NCBI GenBank assembly: GCA_965140585.1 | Contig: OZ223267.1 | Coordinates: forward strand, 64,001 to 128,000 | Length of the DNA stretch: 64,000 nt | Direction: 5' to 3' | DNA from: Spirochaetia bacterium | Lineage (GTDB): Bacteria > Spirochaetota > Spirochaetia > UBA9216 | Shown: positions 1 to 10,243 of the stretch, in pieces | Layout: each line of letters begins with the position of its first letter | Numbering within the stretch: position 1 is the first letter of the stretch | Position numbers and translations under genes: made by a program | Notes under the pieces: model-generated | Seen by the model: the letters and a program-made list of their open reading frames with translations, nothing else | What the model was told of the DNA's origin: nothing | Databases searched by the model: none

Positions 1-763
1 GGCCCTGCATGATAGTTCCTGAATCTTTTTCCTTTACAGATCTTTTCATTGCAGACTCTATGAGATCTCCCACTACGGAAGTTGCTGCCATGGCTACTCC
101 TGTAAGCAAGGCGAAAATGAGTTTGTTGCTGAATATTTCAGGATAGAACTGGAAATAAACTGCTCCTGCAGCAGCAGAGCCTGTAATACCACCGAAAAGA
201 CCGGCAATGCTTTTGTTAGGACTTACTGCGAATATACCGCGGTTGTTTTTTCCGAATGCCATTCCAAGAAAATATGCAAATGTGTCATTTGCAAAAACCA
301 TTGTGAGAAAAATGAGTATAAGAACCGATGAGTTCGGGAAAATATTGAGCATGATTATATAGGCCATAAAAAAGCCCGGGTAAAAAAGACTGAAAAGATA
401 TGCAGGCATCCTTTCCATGACAGTGGAAATGTGCTCTTCCTTCTTTCTGAAAGCTTCTGCAGCTATGACCGCGCTCAGGAATACTGTAAAAACAGGGGCG
501 ACACTGTGAGCAGGGTAGAGTCCTGTGAGTGATATCATTCTGAAAACTGGAAATGCCAGTGCCGTTACCAGAATTACCGATTTATTCTGCTTAACGCCCT
601 TACGTGCAAACATGTTTCTTGTTTCAAAGGCCCCGATGACCGTGAGAGCACAAATTAATATGTTCATAATAAGATGATTATAGAATGGAAGAAATACTAT
701 AATCACAATGAGCAGCGGAACTGCTATAACACCTAGTAATAGCCTTTTAATCAGATTATTCAT
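1..763 (-). CDS. cdsA: phosphatidate cytidylyltransferase (3' end runs off the window)
   Basis: Not in the ORF track; translated by hand from ATG at 763 (MNNLIKRLLLGVIAVP...). Hydrophobic, with SPNKSIAG and GDLIESAMKRSVKEKDSGTIMQG CTP_transf_1 motifs; directly follows uppS. Confidence 0.93.
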   Translation of the reverse strand, partial: MNNLIKRLLLGVIAVPLLIVIIVFLPFYNHLIMNILICALTVIGAFETRNMFARKGVKQNKSVILVTALAFPVFRMISLTGLYPAHSVAPVFTVFLSAVIAAEAFRKKEEHISTVMERMPAYLFSLFYPGFFMAYIIMLNIFPNSSVLILIFLTMVFANDTFAYFLGMAFGKNNRGIFAVSPNKSIAGLFGGITGSAAAGAVYFQFYPEIFSNKLIFALLTGVAMAATSVVGDLIESAMKRSVKEKDSGTIMQG

Positions 764-764
764 T

Positions 765-1487
765 TTAAGCACCGTATTTTCTATGCCTGTGCTGATAACT
801 TTTTATTGCCTCATAAAGGTCATCAGCTTCCCAGTCCGGCCATAGTTTTTCGCTGAAATACAGCTCTGAATAAGCACATTGCCAGACGAGAAAGTTACTC
901 AGCCGTTTTTCTCCGGCTGACCTTATTATTAAATCAGGATCAGGGATTGACGGCTGATCCATGTATTCTACTAAAGTTTCTTCGCTCAGCATAGTGCCTT
1001 CATCGGCACATTTTTCGGGATGACTGTCGCACCATTTCCTTACGGCTCTGATTATTTCATCTCTTCCGCCGTAATTGATTGCCAGATTGACTGTCGTATG
1101 TTCAAACGCAGCAGTTTCGTTTACTACCGACATTATTTCATTCTGAAGATAATCCGGGAGTCCTGCAAGATCCCCAGTGTGAACGACCCTGATTCCGTTC
1201 TGAATATAGAATTCCATCTCTTTTTTCAGGTGTTTACTTATCAGCCTCATCAGAAAAGAGACCTCTTCTTCGGCACGTTTCCAGTTTTCAGTTGAGAATG
1301 TGTAAAGTGTTATGTATTTTACGCCCAGATCTGATGCGGCTTTAACGATACGTTTGGCAGAGACCAGGCCTTCACTGTGTCCCACAGTACGCTTTTTACC
1401 CTGCTGCTTTGCCCAACGCCCGTTCCCATCCATAATTATACCGATGTGAACGGGAATATTTTCTTTATCTATGGGGAAATTTTCCAT
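765..1487 (-). CDS. uppS: undecaprenyl diphosphate synthase
   Basis: HIGIIMDGNGRWA, FSTENWKR, NYGGRDEI and RLSNFLVWQ motifs; frr-uppS-cdsA context. Confidence 0.97.
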   Translation of the reverse strand: MENFPIDKENIPVHIGIIMDGNGRWAKQQGKKRTVGHSEGLVSAKRIVKAASDLGVKYITLYTFSTENWKRAEEEVSFLMRLISKHLKKEMEFYIQNGIRVVHTGDLAGLPDYLQNEIMSVVNETAAFEHTTVNLAINYGGRDEIIRAVRKWCDSHPEKCADEGTMLSEETLVEYMDQPSIPDPDLIIRSAGEKRLSNFLVWQCAYSELYFSEKLWPDWEADDLYEAIKSYQHRHRKYGA

Positions 1488-1493
1488 TGGTTA

Positions 1494-2048
1494 TTAAATT
1501 TCCATTATTTCCTTTTCTTTTTTATCAAGGATTTCATTAATATCTTTGATGAAACTGTCGGTAAGCTTCTGGATTTCATCGGCTCCCTTCTTTTCATCAT
1601 CTTCAGTGATTTCACTGCCTTTCTGCTTCTTTTTCAGTGTATCATTGGCATCACGTCTGATATTTCTTATAGCTACACGGCTCTGTTCAGCCATGTTTTT
1701 AGCAATTTTCACAAATTCCTTTCTTCGATCTTCAGTCAGCGGTGGAATACTTATTCTAATAACTTTTCCGTCATTGCTGGGGTTAACCGAAAGCTCGGAT
1801 TTCTGAATTGCTCTTTCAATCTCTGATAAAAGACCTTTATCCCAGGGCTGAATTACGACGAGTCTTGCTTCTGGAACTGAAACTGTGGCAACCTGACTTA
1901 AGGGGGTAGGGGTCCCGTATGCTTCAACTTTAACCTGATCAAAAAGGGCTGCTGAAGCTCTTCCTGTTCTTATAGTTTTAAACTCATCTTCCAAAGCAAC
2001 GATTGATTTTTTCATTCTGCTTTCAGCACTTGAAATTGTCTCTTTCAT
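1494..2048 (-). CDS. frr: ribosome recycling factor
   Basis: IRTGRAS, IQPWD, PPLTEDRRKE and AIRNIRRDA motifs. Start moved to ATG 2048 (MKETISS), which follows an AGGGAG SD. Confidence 0.97.
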   Translation of the reverse strand: MKETISSAESRMKKSIVALEDEFKTIRTGRASAALFDQVKVEAYGTPTPLSQVATVSVPEARLVVIQPWDKGLLSEIERAIQKSELSVNPSNDGKVIRISIPPLTEDRRKEFVKIAKNMAEQSRVAIRNIRRDANDTLKKKQKGSEITEDDEKKGADEIQKLTDSFIKDINEILDKKEKEIMEI

Positions 2049-2068
2049 GATTATCTCCCTTTGTAAAT

Positions 2069-2100
2069 AAAAAAAGGACATCCCCGCATTAACGGGGATG
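2069..2100 (-). terminator. intrinsic terminator after tsf
   Basis: Stem CATCCCCG (2079-2086) / CGGGGATG (2093-2100), with a T-run following on the minus strand. Confidence 0.7.
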
Positions 2101-2110
2101 CTTTAAATTT

Positions 2111-2956
2111 CTATTCTTCTTCACCGACTCTGAAATAAACAAAATCAACAAGAGTAAGCTTGCTGCCGATTTCTTTGGCAAGTGCATTCATTACTTTCTC
2201 AACACTGTTTTTGTCATCCTTAACGAAGGGCTGATCAAGCAGACAGATCTGTGAGTAGAGCTTATTGATCTTACCCTTTACAATACCCTGAAGAACATTT
2301 GCAGGTTTATCAAGGTTCTCAGCCTGTTTTGTGAAGATCTCTTCCTGCTCTTTAAGGTAATCGGCACCGACAGTCTCTCTTGAGAGGAACATCGGGCTGT
2401 ATGCTGCAATGTGCAGGGCACAGTCGAAGGCAAATTCCTTCACTTTCGGGTTTTCTGCAGCTTCTTTGGAATCAGCAGAAATCTTAACGAGAACTCCGAT
2501 TCCGCCTTCTCCGTGAATATAATCTACACAAACATCGTTTTCCGCTACATCAAGAACCTTGAATCTCTTGATTGAGATATTTTCCTTGATTTTGCTGATA
2601 ACGAGTTTAACTTTTTCATCAAGTTCAGGTGTGATTTCACTGAGGTTGTCAGCAACGATTGCATCGAGAAGTTCATTACCTGAATTAACAAAGTTTTCAT
2701 TTCTTGCAACGAAGTCGGTTTCGCATGAAAGCTCAAGAGCTCCTGCTTTTCCGTCTGTAATTTTTGTGAAAACTCTTCCTTCGTTTGTAGCACGGTCGCT
2801 TCTCTTTGCAGCAGCTGCAAGTCCCTGTTCTTTAAGGAGCTTTTCAGCTTTTGCGAAGTCTCCGCCTGCATCTACAAGCGCTTTTTTACAGTCCATCATT
2901 CCGGCACCGGTTTTGTCCCGGAGTTTTTTAACGTCAGCTGGTTTAATATCTGCCAT
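2111..2956 (-). CDS. tsf: translation elongation factor Ts
   Basis: VKKLRDKTGAGMMDCKKAL and ELSCETDFVARN motifs; follows rpsB. Confidence 0.98.
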   Translation of the reverse strand: MADIKPADVKKLRDKTGAGMMDCKKALVDAGGDFAKAEKLLKEQGLAAAAKRSDRATNEGRVFTKITDGKAGALELSCETDFVARNENFVNSGNELLDAIVADNLSEITPELDEKVKLVISKIKENISIKRFKVLDVAENDVCVDYIHGEGGIGVLVKISADSKEAAENPKVKEFAFDCALHIAAYSPMFLSRETVGADYLKEQEEIFTKQAENLDKPANVLQGIVKGKINKLYSQICLLDQPFVKDDKNSVEKVMNALAKEIGSKLTLVDFVYFRVGEEE

Positions 2957-2976
2957 TTGAGTACTCCTGTCTATTA

Positions 2977-3789
2977 TTATTCGTCTTCGCCGGCTGCTTC
3001 ATCATCAGAGCTGTCATCGTCTGACTCATTTGAAGCTTCGGGAGTGTTGTCTGCAGCAGGAGCCTCTTCATCATCATCCTGGAGAGTTTCAATTACTTCA
3101 AGTCCGATTTCGTTGTCTGCTTCAACTACTGCATTTGCAATTATCTGAGTAAAAAGAGTTATTGCTCTGATAGCATCATCATTACCGGGAATAGGGAAGT
3201 CAATGTCTGTAGGATCACAGTTTGTATCTACGATTGCTATTACCGGAATACCCATTCTTTTTGCTTCAGCAACTGCTATAGCTTCCTTGCGGGTATCGAT
3301 AACAAAGAGAACGCCTGGAAGGTCTTTCATCTCTTTAATTCCGCCGAGGTTCTTTTCAAGTTTAGCTTTTTCTCTGTTGAGTTTGGCTACCTCTTTTTTT
3401 GTGAGGCTTTCGAAAGTACCGTCAACTTCCATTTTCTCAATTTTTTTGAGTCTGAGAATTGATTTTTTGATGGTGGTAAAGTTTGTGAGCATACCACCAA
3501 GCCAGCGGTTGTTTACATAGTACATTCCGCATCTTTCGGCTTCGCGCTGTATTGCTACCTGTGCCTGTTTTTTAGTTCCTACAAAAAGAACTGTCTGTCC
3601 TTCATGAACCAGACCTCGGACAACTTCATAAGCTTCCTTGATAGATGTGATGGTTTTCTGAAGATCGATAATGTGGATCCCGTTTCTTTCTGCGAAGATG
3701 AATTTCTTCATTCTCGGGTCCCAGCGTTTAGTCTGATGTCCGAAATGAACACCTGACTCCAGCAGGTTTTTCATTGTTACTACTGCCAA
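2977..3789 (-). CDS. rpsB: 30S ribosomal protein S2 with acidic C-terminal tail
   Basis: [29 protein letters not shown] and IPGNDDAIR motifs. Likely TTG start at 3789 (GGAGG-aaatc-TTG) giving [10 protein letters not shown]. Confidence 0.98.
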   Translation of the reverse strand: MAVVTMKNLLESGVHFGHQTKRWDPRMKKFIFAERNGIHIIDLQKTITSIKEAYEVVRGLVHEGQTVLFVGTKKQAQVAIQREAERCGMYYVNNRWLGGMLTNFTTIKKSILRLKKIEKMEVDGTFESLTKKEVAKLNREKAKLEKNLGGIKEMKDLPGVLFVIDTRKEAIAVAEAKRMGIPVIAIVDTNCDPTDIDFPIPGNDDAIRAITLFTQIIANAVVEADNEIGLEVIETLQDDDEEAPAADNTPEASNESDDDSSDDEAAGEDE

Positions 3790-3806
3790 GATTTCCTCCA
3801 TTGAAT

Positions 3807-3845
3807 TGACAGATCGAAATCTGTCAGACAGATAAATATCTGTCT
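3807..3845 (-). promoter_or_regulatory. two tandem hairpins in the rpsB leader (candidate S2 autoregulatory element)
   Basis: TGACAGAT-cgaa-ATCTGTCA (3807-3826; UUCG loop on the mRNA strand) abuts AGACAGAT-aaat-ATCTGTCT (3826-3845), just upstream of the SD. Function is inferred. Confidence 0.45.
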
Positions 3846-3865
3846 CCTTCTCTTTTTCTCACCCA

Positions 3866-4447
3866 TTACGGATGGAAGTTAAAATTATTTGCAATGAGCA
3901 TGCCATAAAAAGTATTAATAGGCAACCCCATGACATTCGAGTAAGATCCTTTCACAGAAGCAATAAAGCATGCTCCCTTCTCCTGAATACGGTATGAAGC
4001 GGCCACTCCCTGCCACTCATTCTGCTCAAGATACCAGTCGATTTCGGCTTCGCTCATCGGGCTGAATGTTACTTCGGTTTCACAGATTTCAGTCTGAATT
4101 TCTTTTGCGGGAGCTTTAAGAGCAAGCCCTGTAATGACGGTATGAGTCTGTCCCTGAAGACTCTGAAGCATCTCTTCGGCCCCGGCCCGATCTGCGGGTT
4201 TACCGATAAAGCGGTCGCCCAGAACAACAAAGGTATCTGCACCAAGTATCCACTGCTCAGACGAATAACTGCGGCTTCTGATGTATGAATCAACTTTGCG
4301 CGAAGCAATTATTACAGCCTCTTCAGCTGCGGATTTACCGGTGAATGTCTCGTCCGCATCCTGCGGAGCAGTCGTGAAGCTGAGCCCCATCTGTTTAAGA
4401 AGTTCAATTCTCCGGGGAGAAGCTGATGCCAGTATTAATTTTTCCAT
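3866..4447 (-). CDS. maf: Maf family nucleoside triphosphate pyrophosphatase
   Basis: LILASASPRRIELL, ILGADTFV, GKP and SNVMGLP motifs. Confidence 0.93.
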   Translation of the reverse strand: MEKLILASASPRRIELLKQMGLSFTTAPQDADETFTGKSAAEEAVIIASRKVDSYIRSRSYSSEQWILGADTFVVLGDRFIGKPADRAGAEEMLQSLQGQTHTVITGLALKAPAKEIQTEICETEVTFSPMSEAEIDWYLEQNEWQGVAASYRIQEKGACFIASVKGSYSNVMGLPINTFYGMLIANNFNFHP

Positions 4448-4456
4448 GTGTACGGT

Positions 4457-4693
4457 TTATATCCTTTTAAAAAGAAGATAGCCGGCTGCGGCTCCTGCAG
4501 GGCTACCCGGGTTGAGCATTATATATACCGATAGAACCCTGATATCGAATCCGACTGGCCCGACTGCCAGATGAATGCCGAATCCGGCGTATGAAAGCAG
4601 CAGTTCAAATATTTCCCACACGAGTGTGCCAATAATTATAAAAAGAACCAGGAAGCTGATGAATGCTTCCAGGTTTTTCTGAGTTATTTTCAA
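4457..4693 (-). CDS. small membrane protein, function unknown
   Basis: Hydrophobic ORF between xth and maf; probable TTG start at 4693 after GGAGG. Confidence 0.65.
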   Translation of the reverse strand: MKITQKNLEAFISFLVLFIIIGTLVWEIFELLLSYAGFGIHLAVGPVGFDIRVLSVYIMLNPGSPAGAAAGYLLFKRI

Positions 4694-4706
4694 TTTGCCT
4701 CCGGGG

Positions 4707-5468
4707 TCAGTCTGTTGTAATCTCAACCGGGCAGTGATCGGAGCCCATCACGGAATCAAGAATTGCAGCGCTTTTAAGCCTGTCCGAAAAGCTGTTGTTT
4801 ACGCAGAAATAGTCGATTCTCCACCCTACGTTTCTTTCACGAGCTTTGATCCTGTAGGACCACCATGAGTATTTTTCCGGTTCATCACAGAATTTTCTGA
4901 ATGTATCGGTATAACCGGCGGCGATGAACTTGTCCATCCATTCCCGCTCTTCAGGCAGGTAGCCGGGGTTCTTTTCATTTTGTTTCGGGTTAGCCAGATC
5001 TATCGGTTTATGAGCTACATTGTAGTCGCCGCAGAGGATGATGTTTTTTCCTTCTTCAACGGTTTTATTGCAGTATTCGAGTACTGCATTGTTGAAGCGG
5101 AGTTTATAGTCCAGCCTTTTTCCCGCCTCCTGACTGTTGGGAAAGTAGCAGTTGATAAGCTTGAAATCGGGATATTCAAGGATAATGCTTCTTCCTTCAG
5201 CATCAAATTCATCAATACCCAGCGTCTCTACTGCAATCGGATCTTCCTTTGCGTAGGTTACAACACCGCTGTAGCCTTTTTTCTCGGCTGATGCGAACCA
5301 TGAACGGTAACCTGCCGGCGACATGAATTTATCGTCAAGCTGTTCAGGCTGGGCTTTTGTTTCCTGAAGGCAGACAAAGTCTGCGTTCTTTTCTGCTATC
5401 CAGTCAAAAAGACCTTTCTTTTCGATTGCCCGTATTCCGTTAACATTCCATGATACAAATGTCTTCAA
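4707..5468 (-). CDS. xth: exodeoxyribonuclease III / AP endonuclease
   Basis: SWNVNGIRA, CLQETK, GDYNVAH, GWRIDY and GSDHCP motifs. Confidence 0.96.
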   Translation of the reverse strand: MKTFVSWNVNGIRAIEKKGLFDWIAEKNADFVCLQETKAQPEQLDDKFMSPAGYRSWFASAEKKGYSGVVTYAKEDPIAVETLGIDEFDAEGRSIILEYPDFKLINCYFPNSQEAGKRLDYKLRFNNAVLEYCNKTVEEGKNIILCGDYNVAHKPIDLANPKQNEKNPGYLPEEREWMDKFIAAGYTDTFRKFCDEPEKYSWWSYRIKARERNVGWRIDYFCVNNSFSDRLKSAAILDSVMGSDHCPVEITTD

Positions 5469-5479
5469 ATAAATCCCCC

Positions 5480-6421
5480 TTAGTTCAGCGGAAAAAGAAT
5501 CCTGGCCATATAAATAACAAATATAAGTGTAAAAACACAGGCCAGAGTAGAGTACATCACTGTTTTAGCAGCGAATTCCGCTTCACCCTTCTGTTCAACT
5601 GCTATTATAACAGTATTTACTGCGGTTGGAAGCCCTCCGGAAATGAACAGGGTTTGAGCCAGAGCGCCCTCAAGATGCATAATTCTAATCAGTATGTACG
5701 ATAGGACCGGTGCCCCGATAAGCTTCATTGCAACAGCCAGCATCGCTGCCCTGTCCACTTTTGCGACCTCTGTTGATGCAAGCTGAACTCCGAGTGTTAC
5801 CAGAATGAAACCAATCATTGCATCCTTGATATATTCAAAAGCCGGCCAGACAAATGTGGTTTCAAGTCTGAAATCAAAGATTTTCAAAAGCAGAGCCAGA
5901 ATAATTGCATAGATTGCCGGAAGTTTCAGAAGGTTGAGCAGGGAGTCTTTCCAATGCATGGTATGTCTTCCTGCATTATAGAATCCTATTGTATTGATAG
6001 CCATGGACTGAATGAGCATGATTGTTATCTGGACTATAAGTGCATCCTGCACATAGGGGGTGCCATCGAACACGAGCAATATCAGCGGTATTCCTATATT
6101 TCCCGAATTGAAGAAAAAACTTGCACTTACAAAGGCATATTTTTTTTTCATTTCGTATTTTCGTAAGGTTGCTGTCAGATAGGCTACAAGGTACATCAGA
6201 CTCAGAAACAGCATTGAATATATAAGAACACTGGCTATACTTCCGGACAGATCGTTGGTATAAATAACAACAAAAGTAAAGATCGGCATGAATGCATAAA
6301 GATGCATTTTTGCCAGTGTTTTCATATCAAGTTTGAAATTTTTACCGAGGATAAATCCGACTGTGATAAGTATGAAAATAGGTACAATGTTGTGAGTTAA
6401 TATATGAATGAATACCTGCAT
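5480..6421 (-). CDS. AEC (auxin efflux carrier) family transporter
   Basis: About 10 TM segments, NSGNIGIP and PTAVN motifs, 313 aa. Confidence 0.88.
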   Translation of the reverse strand: MQVFIHILTHNIVPIFILITVGFILGKNFKLDMKTLAKMHLYAFMPIFTFVVIYTNDLSGSIASVLIYSMLFLSLMYLVAYLTATLRKYEMKKKYAFVSASFFFNSGNIGIPLILLVFDGTPYVQDALIVQITIMLIQSMAINTIGFYNAGRHTMHWKDSLLNLLKLPAIYAIILALLLKIFDFRLETTFVWPAFEYIKDAMIGFILVTLGVQLASTEVAKVDRAAMLAVAMKLIGAPVLSYILIRIMHLEGALAQTLFISGGLPTAVNTVIIAVEQKGEAEFAAKTVMYSTLACVFTLIFVIYMARILFPLN

Positions 6422-6534
6422 CTGTTACTGCCTTGAGTTAATAAGTTACCGGTATTATACAGAAAAAAATTAAAATAATCAGATGCTTCTCTGGTATAAT
6501 AAGTTTGATAATTATTAGTGAACGAGGATTATTT

Positions 6535-6909
6535 ATGAAAAAAATATCAACAGATAAGGCTCCCGGTGCGATAGGGCCGTATTCCCAGGCAATTGAGCAC
6601 ATGGGGCTGGTATACACAAGCGGTCAGATAGCCATCAATCCTGCATCCGGTGAGGTGATTGACGGCGGAATAAAAGAACAAGCCGCGCAGGTCATTGAAA
6701 ATCTTGCAGCCGTACTTGAGGCATCCGGCAGCTCTCTGGAAAATGTCATTAAAACTACCTGCTTTTTAGAGGATATGAATGATTTTGCGGCTTTTAATGA
6801 GGTCTATGCTTCCTACATTAAACATGCCCCGGCACGAAGCTGTGTGGCTGTTAAACAGCTGCCTAAGAGCGTAAAAGTTGAGATTGAAGTAATCGCGGCA
6901 GTTAAATAA
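6535..6909 (+). CDS. ridA: RidA/YjgF/UK114 family enamine deaminase
   Basis: APGAIGPYSQA, SGQI, PARSCV and VEIE motifs. ATG 6535 follows GAGG; an extended -10 (TGGTATAAT) lies at about 6492-6500. Confidence 0.92.
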   Translation: MKKISTDKAPGAIGPYSQAIEHMGLVYTSGQIAINPASGEVIDGGIKEQAAQVIENLAAVLEASGSSLENVIKTTCFLEDMNDFAAFNEVYASYIKHAPARSCVAVKQLPKSVKVEIEVIAAVK

Positions 6910-6942
6910 TCTGCCTGAGCAATGCTTTTCTGAGATATGCTA

Positions 6943-8874
6943 TCAGCATATCTCCAGTTTTAATTGTTCAAGTTCATCCCAGCGCTCAAGCATTGATGCC
7001 AGCTCTTCTTCCTTCTGCTCAATGGAGTCCTGAACTGATTTCGCTTTCTGCGGATCGGAGTAAACCTCTTCCTTATGAAGTTTGCTGTTTAAACCGGCAA
7101 TCTGACCTTCAATCTCTTCCATCTCGAGCATTAGCTGCTCTTCTTCACGCTCGTACTTGCGTCTGAGGTTTTTCAGGCGCTTTTCTTCCTGATGATCGAG
7201 TTTTGCTTCGCTGATCTGGGCTGACTGCCCGGATTCATCATATTGGGCGGCTGCCTCTTCCAGTTCGTTCTCTTTACGCCAGAGGTAGTACTTATAGTCG
7301 CCGGGAAACATCCGGTGCTGACCGTCCTCCAGTTCAAGAACCTTTGTTGCCAGATTTTCAATGAAATACCTGTCGTGCGAAACAAATACCAGGGTGCCTG
7401 TATATGAGTTGAGAGCATCAAGCAGCACCTGTTTTGACTGCAGATCGAGATGGTTTGTCGGTTCGTCGAGTATAAGCAGATTCGCCGGATGCAGAAGCAG
7501 TTTTAGAAGTGAAAGCCTGTTCTTTTCTCCGCCGCTGAGTACTGATGCGGATTTGTAAATATCATCACTCCTGAACAGGAAGGCTCCCAGCATTCCGCGT
7601 ATTTCGGGAATCAGATGGGTGGGCGCATCAGCTTCTGCTTCTTCAAGGACTGTTCTGCTTGTATCAATTGCAGATTCAATATCCTGTGAAAAATATCCCG
7701 GTGCGACTCCGCTGCCGTAGTTGATTACTCCGCTGTAATCGCTGTCCACTCCGGCAATTATGCGCATCAGTGTAGATTTTCCCGCTCCGTTGCGTCCTGC
7801 AATTACCAGTTTCTCGCCAGCCTCAAGCTGAAGTTCCATATCATTAATTACTTTAAGATCTCCGTAAGCCTTGTTAAGCCCTTCTATCCGCAGAACCTGT
7901 CTGCCGGAGTGGGGCGGCTGTGGAAATTTAAAGTGTATTTTCTTCATGCTTTCGGGGATCTGAATACGCTCAATTTTATCAAGCTGTTTGATCCGGCTCT
8001 GAACCATATTTGCTTTTGAAGCATTGTAGCGGAAGCGGTTTATAAACTCTTCAAGCTTTGCAATTTCTTCCTGCTGCCTGCTGAACTGTTTAACCAGAAG
8101 TTCAATTTCTATCTCACGCTTCTTTTCATAAGAGCTGTAATTACCCTTGTAAATCTTGAGTTTGCCGGTAAACAGCTCGGCTACCTCATTGACCGTGGCG
8201 TCAAGAAAAAATCTGTCGTGCGAGACAATCAGGAAGCCGCCCTGAAATGAGTTGAGGTAGTTTTCCAGCCAGTTTCTTGCCTCAAGATCGAGGTAGTTTG
8301 TAGGTTCGTCAAGCAGGATTACATCGGGTGTCGAGAGCAGAAGTCTTGCAAGTGCTATTCTCATCTGCCAGCCGCCTGAAAACTCGTCGGTGTTCCGGTT
8401 GAAGTCGGAAACGGAGAAACCCAGACCGGTTAAAATAGCTGATGCCGACTCTCTTCGTGAGTAGTATCCGCTTTTTTCTATGCTTTCCTGAAGCTCATGA
8501 AGCTTTTCAAGCAGTCCGGCTGTTTCAGGTGAGTCTGCATTTACTCCGCTGAGTCTGTGTTCTATATCTTCTTTCTCAGCAATGACAGGTGATATGTATT
8601 CAAAGGCGGTTTCTGCTTCCTCTATAAGCGGTCTGCCCGACATTACAATTCCGGACTGGGGAAGATAGGCTACCCTGGATTTTTTATCCTTGATGATATC
8701 ACCGCTGTCTGCGGCTGAAATTCCTGCAATGATTTTCATCAGGGTGGACTTACCGCTTCCATTTCCGCCGGAGAGGGCAGTTTTGCTTTTATCCGAGAGA
8801 TTAAGGTTGATTCCGTCAAGGATTCTTCTTTCCCCGAAATTTAGAGTTATATCAGTTAGTTGAACATGTGCCAT
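6943..8874 (-). CDS. ABC-F family ATP-binding protein
   Basis: Two ABC cassettes (GGNGSGKST/FSGGW/DEPTN and GRNGAGKST/LSGGE/DEPTNH), no TM segments, C-terminal coiled coil. Confidence 0.93.
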   Translation of the reverse strand: MAHVQLTDITLNFGERRILDGINLNLSDKSKTALSGGNGSGKSTLMKIIAGISAADSGDIIKDKKSRVAYLPQSGIVMSGRPLIEEAETAFEYISPVIAEKEDIEHRLSGVNADSPETAGLLEKLHELQESIEKSGYYSRRESASAILTGLGFSVSDFNRNTDEFSGGWQMRIALARLLLSTPDVILLDEPTNYLDLEARNWLENYLNSFQGGFLIVSHDRFFLDATVNEVAELFTGKLKIYKGNYSSYEKKREIEIELLVKQFSRQQEEIAKLEEFINRFRYNASKANMVQSRIKQLDKIERIQIPESMKKIHFKFPQPPHSGRQVLRIEGLNKAYGDLKVINDMELQLEAGEKLVIAGRNGAGKSTLMRIIAGVDSDYSGVINYGSGVAPGYFSQDIESAIDTSRTVLEEAEADAPTHLIPEIRGMLGAFLFRSDDIYKSASVLSGGEKNRLSLLKLLLHPANLLILDEPTNHLDLQSKQVLLDALNSYTGTLVFVSHDRYFIENLATKVLELEDGQHRMFPGDYKYYLWRKENELEEAAAQYDESGQSAQISEAKLDHQEEKRLKNLRRKYEREEEQLMLEMEEIEGQIAGLNSKLHKEEVYSDPQKAKSVQDSIEQKEEELASMLERWDELEQLKLEIC

Positions 8875-8881
8875 TTTTTAT

Positions 8882-10171
8882 TTATTCACCGGCTCCGGAC
8901 ATGAAAATGACTAGTGGTGAACTGCTTTCCCTTTCTACAATATTCCTGTCAATATCTGCAGGCGGAACGTATACCAGCTTTATTCCCAGGTCTGAAAGTT
9001 CAAAGAGAAAGTTAACCAGTCCGCCGGCGGGAATACCGTCAAATGAAAATGAAATTACACCGTCGTATTCTGAAGCAATGGCAGATCCGGGGAAGTAGTT
9101 CAGCAGGATTATTCCTGTGTTTCCGGATTTCTCGGGTATCGCATTGGGGACCAGCCTTCCGAAGTCGGTCCAGGTAAATGCTTCATCTTCTTCAAAGGAT
9201 ATTCTACCATATGCGGAGCTTGAAACGGTTCCGAGATCTGCAAGTGCCTGATAGAGCAGCTCTCTTCTTTCAATTTCCGAGTCAATTCTTTCTTCGATGT
9301 TGTCTATGTATATCATTGCCTCGGCATATTCACGGTTATTATGTGTGTAATATGCTGCTATTCTGTCTTCAGAGCGTACCTCAATCTGCAGTGAAGTTCC
9401 CTCAAAGATGAACCTGCCGCTGTTGTTCATAGTTATCCGTGAATAATTGAACTCTGTTGAAAAATCTTCAGTTACAAGTTCAATCCGCTTTTCTTCGGGA
9501 AATGAAAAAATTCCTGTGGTTGTCCGGAATCTGGAAAGATCGATAGTATTTTTCCTTATCATATCGAGAAAAAAGTCAGGCCGGTATACCTTTGACATAA
9601 AGATATCGAGCATAGGATCTTTTACGCTGTCTGAATCTTCTGTGGTCTGGGTCTTGATATTAAAAAGTCTGAGATTCAGATCAAAGCAGTAGCCGGTTGT
9701 TCCGTCTTCTGTAAGTACTGTATACCAGTAACCCTCTGACCCTGCAATGGTTTCAGGTTCAGGAACTCTGCTGATGATTTTTAAAAGTTGCTGTTCACGC
9801 AGTTTGTATACACGTTCAGACTGAATATCAGGTTCCTGTCTGATTGAAAGTCCGTTTTTCAAAGTTTCAGCATAAATGTCTTTGTACTCTGAATATTCTG
9901 AAGCGAAGGCAAGGGCATCGCTTTCTTTTTCAAAAAAATTTATCTTCCATCTGCTGACTGCGGCTTTACTGCCGTCAGCGGTTTCAAGGATGTATTCGTC
10001 TCTGATTTCAGATTCTTCGGTAACAGGCAGTACAGATCCGGCTTCCAGTTTGTTTTTATCATCATCCATATAAACAACACCATAGCCGATGGAGCCTGAG
10101 CCGCAGGAGTAAAGTGTTAAAAGTATAGCAACAATAGAAAAAAGCCGGAGTCGGCGTTTAGGGTCTAGCAT
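8882..10171 (-). CDS. SH3-like domain lipoprotein
   Basis: Lipobox LYSC; bacterial SH3-like segment LSIRQEPD...GYWYTVLTEDGTTGYCF. Confidence 0.75.
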   Translation of the reverse strand: MLDPKRRLRLFSIVAILLTLYSCGSGSIGYGVVYMDDDKNKLEAGSVLPVTEESEIRDEYILETADGSKAAVSRWKINFFEKESDALAFASEYSEYKDIYAETLKNGLSIRQEPDIQSERVYKLREQQLLKIISRVPEPETIAGSEGYWYTVLTEDGTTGYCFDLNLRLFNIKTQTTEDSDSVKDPMLDIFMSKVYRPDFFLDMIRKNTIDLSRFRTTTGIFSFPEEKRIELVTEDFSTEFNYSRITMNNSGRFIFEGTSLQIEVRSEDRIAAYYTHNNREYAEAMIYIDNIEERIDSEIERRELLYQALADLGTVSSSAYGRISFEEDEAFTWTDFGRLVPNAIPEKSGNTGIILLNYFPGSAIASEYDGVISFSFDGIPAGGLVNFLFELSDLGIKLVYVPPADIDRNIVERESSSPLVIFMSGAGE

Positions 10172-10243
10172 TAAAGCCTCCGTTTGCGTGTTATAACGCT
10201 ATTTTGTACTTTATTTACTGTTTACGCAAGTCTTTATAGCTGT

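Noticed and set aside
2977-3080. Low-complexity Asp/Glu-rich stretch as a separate feature
   Set aside because: It is the acidic C-terminal tail of S2, which is common in this protein family.
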